64,000 nucleotides of DNA from an uncultured virus (IMG/VR IMGVR_UViG_3300031688_001276) (lineage: Duplodnaviria; Heunggongvirae; Uroviricota; Caudoviricetes), in IMG/VR virus record IMGVR_UViG_3300031688_001276. The stretch is one strand, 5' to 3'. The notes below the pieces were generated by a model. That model worked only from the letters and a program-made list of their open reading frames with translations. It had not been told where the DNA came from and ran no database searches. The position numbers and the translations under genes were made by a program. Numbering within the stretch: position 1 is the stretch's first letter; the number at the start of each line of letters is the position of its first letter. Shown here one piece after another: positions 8,162 through 16,986 of the stretch.

Positions 8162-9432
8162 TAGAGAATAGAAAATTAGATTATGTAGTTTCAGGCACTA
8201 GTTATATGAGGTTTAGTAATCCTAGTATAGCTAAAGACGAAACTAATTCTGGCATTATTAATATGCTAATAGAGAAATTAGTAACTGATGTACATAGTCA
8301 TAAGTTTTCTATGCTTTACAACGCACATACAGAGTCCAGCTTTGGTGATAGATTCTCAGTATATAAAAAGAAAGTAAATGAGATACACGCAGACTCAGGT
8401 GGTTTGCAGATTGTTACACAGGGTATGACTATTACAGATGAATTAAAAGATAAAGTATATGAGAACCAAGCCAAGTGGGCAGACGTTGGCATGTGCTTTG
8501 ATGAGATACCAGTTATACTTACAAGCGGTAAGTCAGATAGGAACGATACAAAGGCTAGGTTCTTTGACGAAGAGAACTATGAAGCACTGGCTCGTAAGAC
8601 AGGACAAAATGTTAAAAGACAATTAGAAATATTTGAAAAGAACAATAGTACATGTAAACCTTTTATTATCTTACAGGGTAACTGTATTGATACATACCTT
8701 AGATGGTATGAATGTCTAATGGAAGAAGTTCCTAAAGAATGGCATAGCAGGATTGGTGGCGTGGCAATGGGAGCAGCAGCTCTAGGCACAGGACCACTTG
8801 AAGATGTTAAACGAGCATTTATTGCTAGTGAGATTGCTAAAGTATGGCCACAAGAAAGAATGAACTTACATATTCTAGGTGTAGGAAGTATTAGACGTAT
8901 CATTCCTTATCTAGTCTTTTGTCAGAACGGTTTATACGACAACGTAGACATCTCTTATGACTCTACTACACACAGCAGGGCGGTTGAGACAGGTTTATAC
9001 TACATGGGACAAGGCACAACTAAGTTCAGTAGAAAAATGTCCAATTTGTATCGTGAAATGTACGATAACGTGCAGGAAACAGTACAATTAGGCGTAGATC
9101 TAGACGAATTTCATACTATAATGAACACACCTAGTCTGAAGGCTAAAGAGAAATACGGCAATCTAAACAAGTGGATCTATGTTAGAACAGCATTTATCCT
9201 TATGTCCATTAGAAACTTCATGGCTCATCTAGAAACTATGATGAATGACAAGGAAACCTTATTGAAGTTTACGGGTAAGATGAAACTTGACGGACAGTTC
9301 AGGAACCTCTATAATGTAACTAATCGTGAAGAATACGATGCCTGGGAAAACAACCAGTATTTAGGTGGCAGTATGAAGAGCATGGCTGTTGGTACGGAGG
9401 CACCTAGTAGTTTAGAGGATTTATTTGTATGA
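8158..9432 (+). CDS. TGT-fold transglycosylase, DpdA/DpdA2-like (probable DNA deazaguanine insertion)
   Basis: ADSGGLQ, FDEIP, ILQG, HILGVG, SYDSTT motifs of the TGT family; embedded among queE/folE/queD. Confidence 0.75.
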   Translation: MIENRKLDYVVSGTSYMRFSNPSIAKDETNSGIINMLIEKLVTDVHSHKFSMLYNAHTESSFGDRFSVYKKKVNEIHADSGGLQIVTQGMTITDELKDKVYENQAKWADVGMCFDEIPVILTSGKSDRNDTKARFFDEENYEALARKTGQNVKRQLEIFEKNNSTCKPFIILQGNCIDTYLRWYECLMEEVPKEWHSRIGGVAMGAAALGTGPLEDVKRAFIASEIAKVWPQERMNLHILGVGSIRRIIPYLVFCQNGLYDNVDISYDSTTHSRAVETGLYYMGQGTTKFSRKMSNLYREMYDNVQETVQLGVDLDEFHTIMNTPSLKAKEKYGNLNKWIYVRTAFILMSIRNFMAHLETMMNDKETLLKFTGKMKLDGQFRNLYNVTNREEYDAWENNQYLGGSMKSMAVGTEAPSSLEDLFV

Positions 9433-9986
9433 ACATTTTTTTATTAAATGAGAACCCATTGTTATGTGCAGAACAACATTGTGATAAGCATGTTGTTAAA
9501 ATGGTAATTGAATACGCACAACTAATGTCTACAGCACATAGAGTATTAGACGGAGATTTATATGGAGACAAAACAAAAAACGGTAGAGCTATCAAGCGAT
9601 GGAGACATAGTAATAACAATATGGAATCTACATTATATAAGGCAAGCCATGTTAACCACCCAGATGGTATCTGGGTTAGAAGTAGCTCTGCCAATTATAA
9701 TTATCTATATGATCTATGGTATAAACTATCTAAAGAATATACTCACAGGTATGGGCGTACTCACTTAACACAAGAAAAATTAGAACATCTTTTGAAGTAC
9801 GCACCTAAAAATATTCCATTTGCTAGTGAGGCAGATGTAAAAGGATTACCGTTGGCAATGCCAGACGATGTAAAAGGTAAGAGTGTAGTCAACTCTTATC
9901 GTAGGTATTACAACAAATACAAAATTGACTTTGCTAAATATACAAACAGAGAGGTACCTCAATGGCTAAACGCAAACGCTTCATAA
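9429..9986 (+). CDS. Pyrimidine-dimer DNA glycosylase (DenV-like) family protein
   Basis: MNIF.L..NP..CAE.HCDKHVVKM, H.NHP..IWVR, EYTHRYGRTH, AMPDD.K, YRRYY. Confidence 0.75.
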   Translation: MNIFLLNENPLLCAEQHCDKHVVKMVIEYAQLMSTAHRVLDGDLYGDKTKNGRAIKRWRHSNNNMESTLYKASHVNHPDGIWVRSSSANYNYLYDLWYKLSKEYTHRYGRTHLTQEKLEHLLKYAPKNIPFASEADVKGLPLAMPDDVKGKSVVNSYRRYYNKYKIDFAKYTNREVPQWLNANAS

Positions 9987-10348
9987 AAGTAAGCTTTCAG
10001 AAAGAAGGAGTACACTTCTTCCCTGGAGCAGATACAAATCCTAAATACGCTACAGGCGATTGGGACGATGTAAGTTTTTTAGGTCACCCTCACAGACACA
10101 TGTTCCATTTCTATGTAACACTAGGTGTTACTCATAATGATAGAGACGTAGAGTTTATACAATTTAAGCGTGAACTAGAAAGAACTTTTGATCAAGGTGT
10201 AATTAAATTAGACCACCAGTCTTGTGAAATGATAGGTGAATCTCTTATAAATTATATAGAAGAGAAGTATCCTAACAGAGCTGTTAGAGTTGAAGTATAT
10301 GAGGATAATGAGAATGGGGGTATAATAGAAAATGATTTATTTAGTTGA
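9962..10348 (+). CDS. QueD-paralog T-fold protein, DpdL-like (putative CDG decarboxylase)
   Basis: LGHPHRHMF fits LxxxHRHxF, the DpdL motif as I recall it; DRDVEFIQFK, SCE, EDNENG. Confidence 0.65.
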   Translation: MAKRKRFIKVSFQKEGVHFFPGADTNPKYATGDWDDVSFLGHPHRHMFHFYVTLGVTHNDRDVEFIQFKRELERTFDQGVIKLDHQSCEMIGESLINYIEEKYPNRAVRVEVYEDNENGGIIENDLFS

Positions 10349-11393
10349 TTTAGAATATGTTGAAACAAGATATACTGCCCAATGGAAAGATTGTTTCCCT
10401 CAGCAAATAGCAGACAGAACAGGCCAAGACATTACAGTAATAGAAGGACCAGCAGACATTGCTAATGTAGTAACACCCGGTGCCTTCTTAGACTTTGGTG
10501 GCACAAACATATACAAAGCAGAACAAGTTAAAATTATTGCACAGCATTTCCAGAATGGAGACGTTAAAGATGGAGATCACTTTGTCTTTGCAGATGCTTG
10601 GCACCCTGGCGTATTACAATTAAAATATATGACAGAGTTATTAGGTGTTGATGTTACAGTACATGGACTATGGCACGCAGGCAGTTACGACGCACACGAT
10701 TTCCTAGGTAGATTAATTGGAGATAAGAGGTGGGTTAGGCATACAGAGTATGCAATGTTTGATGCTTTTGATAAGAACTATTTTGCTAGTCAGTTCCATA
10801 TAGGAATGTTTGCTAGTGTTATGTTCACAGCAGAAGATGAAGAGTATCTAAGAAGTAAAATTGTAAGAACTGGCTGGCCTATGGAGTACTTGAATACACA
10901 TTTAACTCCTACATTACAAAAAGAAGACATTATATTATTCCCTCACAGGAATGCACCTGAGAAACAATTAGATATATTTTTAGATTTGAAAAAGGAACTT
11001 CCTCAATACGAATTTATTAATTGTAATGATTATAATCTTACAAAGACAGAATACAATAAACTATTAGAACAATCTAAAATGGTTTTCTCAGCAAACAACC
11101 AAGAGACATTAGGCATTAGCTGTTATGAGATACTAAGAGCAGGTGGTATGCCTCTTGTTCCTAATAGATTATCTTATATGGAAATGTATGAGGATATATT
11201 TAAGTATCCTTCCCACTTCACAGAGAACAAAGATCTTTACAATGAGAACAAGAGTATATTGTTAGGAAAGATTAGAACATTGATGGACAACTTTACAGCA
11301 CCAGAAATACAAGCTGCCATTATTAGTAACCGAGACGCTTTAGAGACGCAGTACTTTACAGCTACAAACTTATATCAGGAGTTAATGAAATGA
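10332..11393 (+). CDS. GT-B (GT4-like) glycosyltransferase
   Basis: FPHRNAPEKQ, ETLGIS.YE (E-x7-E type motif), PNRLSY.EM. Confidence 0.75.
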   Translation: MIYLVDLEYVETRYTAQWKDCFPQQIADRTGQDITVIEGPADIANVVTPGAFLDFGGTNIYKAEQVKIIAQHFQNGDVKDGDHFVFADAWHPGVLQLKYMTELLGVDVTVHGLWHAGSYDAHDFLGRLIGDKRWVRHTEYAMFDAFDKNYFASQFHIGMFASVMFTAEDEEYLRSKIVRTGWPMEYLNTHLTPTLQKEDIILFPHRNAPEKQLDIFLDLKKELPQYEFINCNDYNLTKTEYNKLLEQSKMVFSANNQETLGISCYEILRAGGMPLVPNRLSYMEMYEDIFKYPSHFTENKDLYNENKSILLGKIRTLMDNFTAPEIQAAIISNRDALETQYFTATNLYQELMK

Positions 11394-11845
11394 GAGAGTT
11401 TAAATATTATTCAACTAAAACATACGGACACGAAGAAGGTCTGTCATGTATGTTTAGGCAACCACTAGCAGTAGGCAGTCATTGTAGTTTACTACACGGA
11501 TATGCTTTGTCTTTTAGTTTTAAATTCGGGTGTCATACACTTGATGAAAAGAACTGGGTAGTAGACTTTGGTAACTTAAAGGAACTTAAAGCATGGTTAA
11601 AAGATTCTTTTGATCACAAACACGCAGTAGCAAAAGATGACAAATCGTTACCGTACTTCTTAGAGATAGAACAAAAAGGTCTATCAGAAGTAAGAGTAAT
11701 GAATGGAGTTGGTTGTGAGAAATTTGCAGAACAAGCATTTCATTTCGCAGACAACTTGGTAAGGGAACAATCTAATGATAGATGTTTTGCCGTTAGCTGC
11801 GAGGTTAGGGAACACGGAGCTAACAGCGCGATATACGAAGGGTAA
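11390..11845 (+). CDS. queD: 6-carboxytetrahydropterin synthase
   Basis: HCSLLHGY, WVVDFG.LK, FDHK, EH.ANSA.Y. Confidence 0.88.
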   Translation: MREFKYYSTKTYGHEEGLSCMFRQPLAVGSHCSLLHGYALSFSFKFGCHTLDEKNWVVDFGNLKELKAWLKDSFDHKHAVAKDDKSLPYFLEIEQKGLSEVRVMNGVGCEKFAEQAFHFADNLVREQSNDRCFAVSCEVREHGANSAIYEG

Positions 11846-11848
11846 CCT

Positions 11849-12910
11849 ATGCGAGTTGCTCTTGTAACAGATACGCACTTTGGTGCACGTTCAGATAGTA
11901 TAGCATTCGATGCTTACTTTGCTAAGTTTTATGATGAAACATTCTTTCCTTACTTAGTCGAACATGATATTAAAACTATATGCCACTTAGGAGACATATT
12001 TGATAGACGAAAGTATATTAATTTTAATACGCTACAGTCTTGTAAAAAATACTTCTTTCAGAAGGCACAAGACTTAGGTATAGACATCCACATGATTCCT
12101 GGTAATCATGATACCTATTTTAAAAATACAAATGATGTCAACAGCCCTGACTTATTGTTAGGAGAATATAATAACATAACATTATACCAAGAGCCAACGG
12201 AAATAATGTTAGACAGAGAGAAGGTACTATTCCTTCCTTGGATATGTGGAGAAAATTATGATAGGACTATGGCCAAAATTAAAGAATCAGATGCAAAGAC
12301 TTGCTTCGGACATTTCGAGTTCGCAGGTTACTTTCTTTTGCCTGGAATGCCTAACCTTCATGGTATGGATTCTGACGCTTTTCGTGCTTTTGACCTTGTG
12401 GTTAGTGGCCATTTTCATCATCGCCATAGCAGAGGGAATGTTACATATATGGGAAACCCTTATGAAATTACTTGGTCTGACTACAACGACCCACGTGGTT
12501 TTGCCATTTACGACACAGTTAAAAGAGATTTGGAATATATCAACAACCCGAATAGAATCTTCCACAAAATTTATTACGATGATTCCCATTTCGAGGGAGT
12601 CAATGATATTGGGAACTTCGATTTTACTAGTATTGTTGGTGGTAATGTTAAGCTAATTGTTACTAAGAAGATAGACTTCTCACGCTTTGATCATTTTGTA
12701 GACAAGCTATACACTTGTAACCTAATTGATCTTAAAATTATAGAAGACTTCTCAGAGTTTGAAGACGAAGCGTTGGGTGAGGATATAGATTTAGAAGACA
12801 CAATGACACTCTTAAAAGAGTATGTTGATGTAGTAGAAACAGACTTAGACAAACAACGAATTAAGAACTTATTGCAAACCTTATATATTGAAGCACAAGA
12901 TACCTTATGA
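11849..12910 (+). CDS. gp47: Recombination nuclease subunit (Mre11/SbcD-like)
   Basis: DTHFG, GDIFDRR, GNHD, SGHFH. Confidence 0.95.
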   Translation: MRVALVTDTHFGARSDSIAFDAYFAKFYDETFFPYLVEHDIKTICHLGDIFDRRKYINFNTLQSCKKYFFQKAQDLGIDIHMIPGNHDTYFKNTNDVNSPDLLLGEYNNITLYQEPTEIMLDREKVLFLPWICGENYDRTMAKIKESDAKTCFGHFEFAGYFLLPGMPNLHGMDSDAFRAFDLVVSGHFHHRHSRGNVTYMGNPYEITWSDYNDPRGFAIYDTVKRDLEYINNPNRIFHKIYYDDSHFEGVNDIGNFDFTSIVGGNVKLIVTKKIDFSRFDHFVDKLYTCNLIDLKIIEDFSEFEDEALGEDIDLEDTMTLLKEYVDVVETDLDKQRIKNLLQTLYIEAQDTL

Positions 12911-14580
12911 TTAACTTTACAGAAATAAGATGGAAGAATTTTTTATCCACAGGCAATGCTTGGACAACAATAAAGTTTGACCATTCTCCTAGTACATTAA
13001 TCGTAGGACAGAATGGTAGTGGCAAGTCTACATTGTTAGACGCTTTAACATTTGCTTTATTTAATAAGCCATTTAGAAATGTTGCAAAGCCACAATTAAT
13101 TAACTCTATTAATAAAAAGAAACTATTAGTAGAAATAGAATTTAGTATAGGTAGTAAGAACTATCTCATTAGACGTGGAGAGATACCTAAAATATTTGAA
13201 ATAGAAGTTAACGGTGATAAGCTAGATAAGAATGCTAACATCAGAGACTTTCAGAAATACCTGGAGGAGTCCATCTTAAAACTCAATTACAAGTCGTTTA
13301 CACAGATAGTCATGTTAGGGAGTGCCTCATTCACTCCCTTCATGCAATTACATCTAGGTGCTAGACGTGAGATTATTGAGGACATATTGGACATAAGCAT
13401 ATTTACAAGCATGAACCAAGTGCTTAAGAACAAACTAACAGACTTAGATAATAAGGTTAGAATTATTGAAGGTGACATATCTGTAGCAAAGCAGAAAGCT
13501 AATCTTCAAGAACAATATATAAAGACATTGGAGGATGATAAATCATCTAAAGTAACACAGATCCTAAACGACATTAAGGAGACTGATAATGCGATCGAGA
13601 CGGCTCAGGAAGAGACAAGCAGATACGGGAAGGAGAAGCAGGAGGTTGGTCCTGTTACTGAAAAGAAAAGACGATTGGAAGAATTCAGAAGCAAATTTGA
13701 AAGTCAAATTGCCAACCACAGAAAAGAGTTAGCATTCTTTAACAACAACGAAGAATGTCCTACATGCCAGCAAGGTATAGAACACGACCATAAAAATTTA
13801 ATGACGCAGAGAGATGAAGAAAAGATCTCTGAACTTGATACAGCTCTACGAGATCTGAATACGCAGTATAGCGAAATAGAAATATTGGTAGGTAAGGTAC
13901 AAGAGTTAGACGAACAAATAATGGCACAGAACAATGAAGTCATTACCCAACAAAGAATCCTACAAAGACTACAATTAGAACTCAACGAGACAGAAACTAA
14001 AGTAGGTAACATTACAGAAGAGAAAACAAAACTAAAAGATTTAGCTAAGGACGCATTGGGTAAAACAAAAGAGAGAACAGAATTTAATGAACAGTCTCAT
14101 TACTATGACGTGGCTAAGTCTATGTTACAGGATACCGGAATTAAAACAAAAATTATAAAAGCATACTTACCTATAATAAATAAATTAGTAAACAAGTATT
14201 TAGCAGCGATGGATTTCTTTGTGGAGTTTACATTAGATGCTACATTTAAGGAAACAATTAAGTCTAGATTCAGAGACAAATTTAGTTATGCATCTTTTAG
14301 TGAAGGTGAGAAACAAAGGATTGATTTAGCATTAGTATTTACATGGCGGACTATTGCCAAGATGAAGAACTCTGCTAGTACTAACATACTATTATTAGAT
14401 GAAGTGTTTGATAGTAGTTTAGATGTAGACGGTACAGAGTTTGTGATGCAACTGTTAAACACAATCGGCGATGATACAAATGTCTTTGTAATCTCACACA
14501 AGGGTGACCAATTGTTTGATAAGTTTAGATCAGTTATTAGATTTGAAAAGAGACAGAATTTTTCCGTGATCGCTAAATGA
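12907..14580 (+). CDS. gp46: Recombination ATPase subunit (Rad50/SbcC-like)
   Basis: GQNGSGKST, CPTC hook, FSEGEK, LDEVFD. Confidence 0.95.
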   Translation: MINFTEIRWKNFLSTGNAWTTIKFDHSPSTLIVGQNGSGKSTLLDALTFALFNKPFRNVAKPQLINSINKKKLLVEIEFSIGSKNYLIRRGEIPKIFEIEVNGDKLDKNANIRDFQKYLEESILKLNYKSFTQIVMLGSASFTPFMQLHLGARREIIEDILDISIFTSMNQVLKNKLTDLDNKVRIIEGDISVAKQKANLQEQYIKTLEDDKSSKVTQILNDIKETDNAIETAQEETSRYGKEKQEVGPVTEKKRRLEEFRSKFESQIANHRKELAFFNNNEECPTCQQGIEHDHKNLMTQRDEEKISELDTALRDLNTQYSEIEILVGKVQELDEQIMAQNNEVITQQRILQRLQLELNETETKVGNITEEKTKLKDLAKDALGKTKERTEFNEQSHYYDVAKSMLQDTGIKTKIIKAYLPIINKLVNKYLAAMDFFVEFTLDATFKETIKSRFRDKFSYASFSEGEKQRIDLALVFTWRTIAKMKNSASTNILLLDEVFDSSLDVDGTEFVMQLLNTIGDDTNVFVISHKGDQLFDKFRSVIRFEKRQNFSVIAK

Positions 14581-14891
14581 CAAAGTGGCACGGAGGCAAA
14601 GGTAGTAAGCGTAGAGTAGAAAGTGATAGCGTTTATAGAGATAATTACGATAAAATATTTGGGAAAAAGAAAATGATAGAGATATATGGAAAGCCAAGGT
14701 GTACTTTTTGTGATAGAGCTAAGGCACTATGTGAACAGAAAGGATTAGAGTACACATACAAAATGCTAGATGCAGACTTTACTGCTGAAGAACTCTTTGA
14801 GAGAGTTCCAAATGCTAGAACATTCCCACAAATTTTTATAGATGGTGAGTCCATTGGCGGATACACCGAGTTTGAGAAACTACACAACTAG
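14577..14891 (+). CDS. Glutaredoxin; domain starts at ATG 14673, with an in-frame basic N-terminal peptide
   Basis: CTFC, RTFPQIF, IGGY. Confidence 0.88.
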   Translation: MTKWHGGKGSKRRVESDSVYRDNYDKIFGKKKMIEIYGKPRCTFCDRAKALCEQKGLEYTYKMLDADFTAEELFERVPNARTFPQIFIDGESIGGYTEFEKLHN

Positions 14892-14896
14892 GATAT

Positions 14897-15262
14897 ATGA
14901 AAAAAGAATTACACGAAATGAAGGAGACTTATAGGCCATTACCATATGGGTTAACAATACACCCAAGTAAAATTGAAGGCTTAGGGTTACATGCTTTAAT
15001 GGAATTTGAAGCAGGGAATAAGTTTGGAGAGACACATGTGCTAGTCCACAGTAGAGACAGACATGAATGGATAAGAACGCCACTAGGAGGTTTCATAAAT
15101 CATAATGATAATCCTAATTGTTTTATAACTACAGACGGCGGTGATAGAACTCTTTATGCTATTAGACCTATAATGAAAGGTGACGAGATCACAGTCTTCT
15201 ATAGGTTCAAGGGATACGACGGCATTATAAATAATGATACACAACCAGATGTAGGAAATTAA
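14897..15262 (+). CDS. SET-domain lysine methyltransferase
   Basis: S.IEGLGL.A, FINHNDNPNC, I..GDEITVFY. Confidence 0.85.
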   Translation: MKKELHEMKETYRPLPYGLTIHPSKIEGLGLHALMEFEAGNKFGETHVLVHSRDRHEWIRTPLGGFINHNDNPNCFITTDGGDRTLYAIRPIMKGDEITVFYRFKGYDGIINNDTQPDVGN

Positions 15263-15264
15263 TT

Positions 15265-15840
15265 ATGGAAGAAATGACACTAACAGATTCAGAACCAACA
15301 GTACACGACGCTTTAGATCTAATACCGTTTACAGACCCGAAGTTGGCTAAGGAGCCAACACCCTTTAATTTTGAAATGGAAAATGCAGAACTACTAGTAA
15401 GCAAACTTCTAGAAAAAATGAGAGAGCTAGGTGGCGTAGGGTTATCAGCAAACCAAGTAGGATTAGATAAGAAAGTATTTGTTATCGGAGACGGTAACGA
15501 GGAAGAACCTTTTGAGAAAGCTTTCTTTAATCCAGAGATTATAGGATGCTCAGAAGAAAAAACCTCAGAGAAAGAAGGATGTCTATCCTTCCCTGGCTTG
15601 TGGTTAATGGTAGAAAGGCCTACCCACGTTGCAATTAAGTATTGGAATGATGAAGGCGAAGAGATGGTAGAGACTTATCAAGGTGTAACAGCTAGAGTAA
15701 TACAACACGAATACGATCACATGATTGGCATGAACTTTACACAAAGAGTATCTAGAATGAAACTTGACAGGGCTTTAAAAGGCCTAGAAAAGAAAGTTAA
15801 GAAATACCAAAGACAACAAAAGACCATAGCTGACTTATAA
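15265..15840 (+). CDS. def: Peptide deformylase
   Basis: GVGLSANQVG, EGCLS, QHEYDH; TATAAATA upstream at 15226. Confidence 0.95.
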   Translation: MEEMTLTDSEPTVHDALDLIPFTDPKLAKEPTPFNFEMENAELLVSKLLEKMRELGGVGLSANQVGLDKKVFVIGDGNEEEPFEKAFFNPEIIGCSEEKTSEKEGCLSFPGLWLMVERPTHVAIKYWNDEGEEMVETYQGVTARVIQHEYDHMIGMNFTQRVSRMKLDRALKGLEKKVKKYQRQQKTIADL

Positions 15841-15864
15841 ATAATAATAAGAAGGAGTAATTGA

Positions 15865-16221
15865 ATGGCAAATGATTTTGATTTTGGCTTTACAGCAGTA
15901 GACGAGGTACCGAAAGATACTTCCGACTCTACGACAGCTCCAGTACAGAATAATGATGAGGTCATGGATAAGTTAAAGCAGTTAGAGTTAAAGATTCTAA
16001 ATGCAGATAACTCAGGCATGGTCAACGAACACAGACAACTAATTGAGTCTGATGTTTCTAAGAAACTTCGTGATGTAGAGGATCTTGTCCTCCCTTTACT
16101 TTACAATTTACAAAAAAATCCTGAAAAGGAATACATTCACTGGCCTAATAGAACGTCAGTGATTGATAATCAGATTGAAAAGATAAAGGCGGTAACGAGA
16201 TATTATGAGCGAATCGAATAA
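15865..16221 (+). CDS. Conserved T4-like hypothetical protein
   Basis: DFGFTAVDE and LPLL.NL.KNP.KEYIHWPNR; late promoter at 15836, AAGGAG SD. Confidence 0.7.
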   Translation: MANDFDFGFTAVDEVPKDTSDSTTAPVQNNDEVMDKLKQLELKILNADNSGMVNEHRQLIESDVSKKLRDVEDLVLPLLYNLQKNPEKEYIHWPNRTSVIDNQIEKIKAVTRYYERIE

Positions 16222-16810
16222 TTCAAACAACTTAAAACAGAATCCAACTAACGCATATCAAAGACCAATAGCTAACGTCTATGACTTTTACTTAACAGGT
16301 AACATAGGTGACGCTAAAGAGTATCAGGATTGGAACCAGATAATGCGTTCAGCCACAGAAAATGATGGCATTGTAATTCACATTAACTCTAATGGCGGTG
16401 AGATATTTACTGCTATACAGATGATGAGATCAATGGCAGACAGTAACGCTACAATATGTGCCTCAGTAGAAGGCATGTGTATGTCAGCAGCGACATTAAT
16501 ATTCTTGTGTGCTGATGTTGTAGAAGTCTCAGAGCATAGTCATTTTATGTTCCATACTTATAGCTCAGGCAATTGGGGTAAAGGTAGTGAACAATTACAA
16601 GGTGTTATGGCTGATGATAAGTGGGCTAGACATTTGTTTAACCAAGTCTACAAAGGGTTCTTAAAACCTCAAGAAGTAAAAGATTTAATAGACGGCAAGG
16701 ATCTATGGATGAACCCTGCCGAAGTTAATAAGCGTTTGCAACTGCGTAACGTAGCTAGCAAACGTGCCAACAAAAACAAAACTAAGGAGAAAAAAGATGG
16801 CAATACATGA
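16205..16810 (+). CDS. ClpP-like serine protease
   Basis: INSNGG, CMSAAT (Ser), FMFH (His), KDLW (Asp). Confidence 0.8.
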   Translation: MSESNNSNNLKQNPTNAYQRPIANVYDFYLTGNIGDAKEYQDWNQIMRSATENDGIVIHINSNGGEIFTAIQMMRSMADSNATICASVEGMCMSAATLIFLCADVVEVSEHSHFMFHTYSSGNWGKGSEQLQGVMADDKWARHLFNQVYKGFLKPQEVKDLIDGKDLWMNPAEVNKRLQLRNVASKRANKNKTKEKKDGNT

Positions 16811-16973
16811 TGACATACTTTCCGCAATGGAAACGTACACAACAGAATCTGATAACTTTGAATTGAAAAATGTCAAAGCATCAGCGGCGAGGGCTCGTAA
16901 AGCTCTAATGGATTTAACTAAACTAGCAAAAGCTAGACGTTTAGAAATCCAAGAAAAGAAAAACAACCTTTAA
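16797..16973 (+). CDS. Histone H1-like (Hc1 family) small basic protein
   Basis: KNVKASAARARKALMDLTKLAKARRLEIQ resembles the Hc1 GNKAA..RARK helix; AAGGAG SD before ATG 16797. Confidence 0.7.
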   Translation: MAIHDDILSAMETYTTESDNFELKNVKASAARARKALMDLTKLAKARRLEIQEKKNNL

Positions 16974-16986
16974 CACCAGGAGTAAG

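Noticed and set aside
16974..16986. Cobalamin riboswitch upstream of the receptor
   Set aside because: Only 13 nt of intergenic space; no B12-box recognised here or at 40733-40978.
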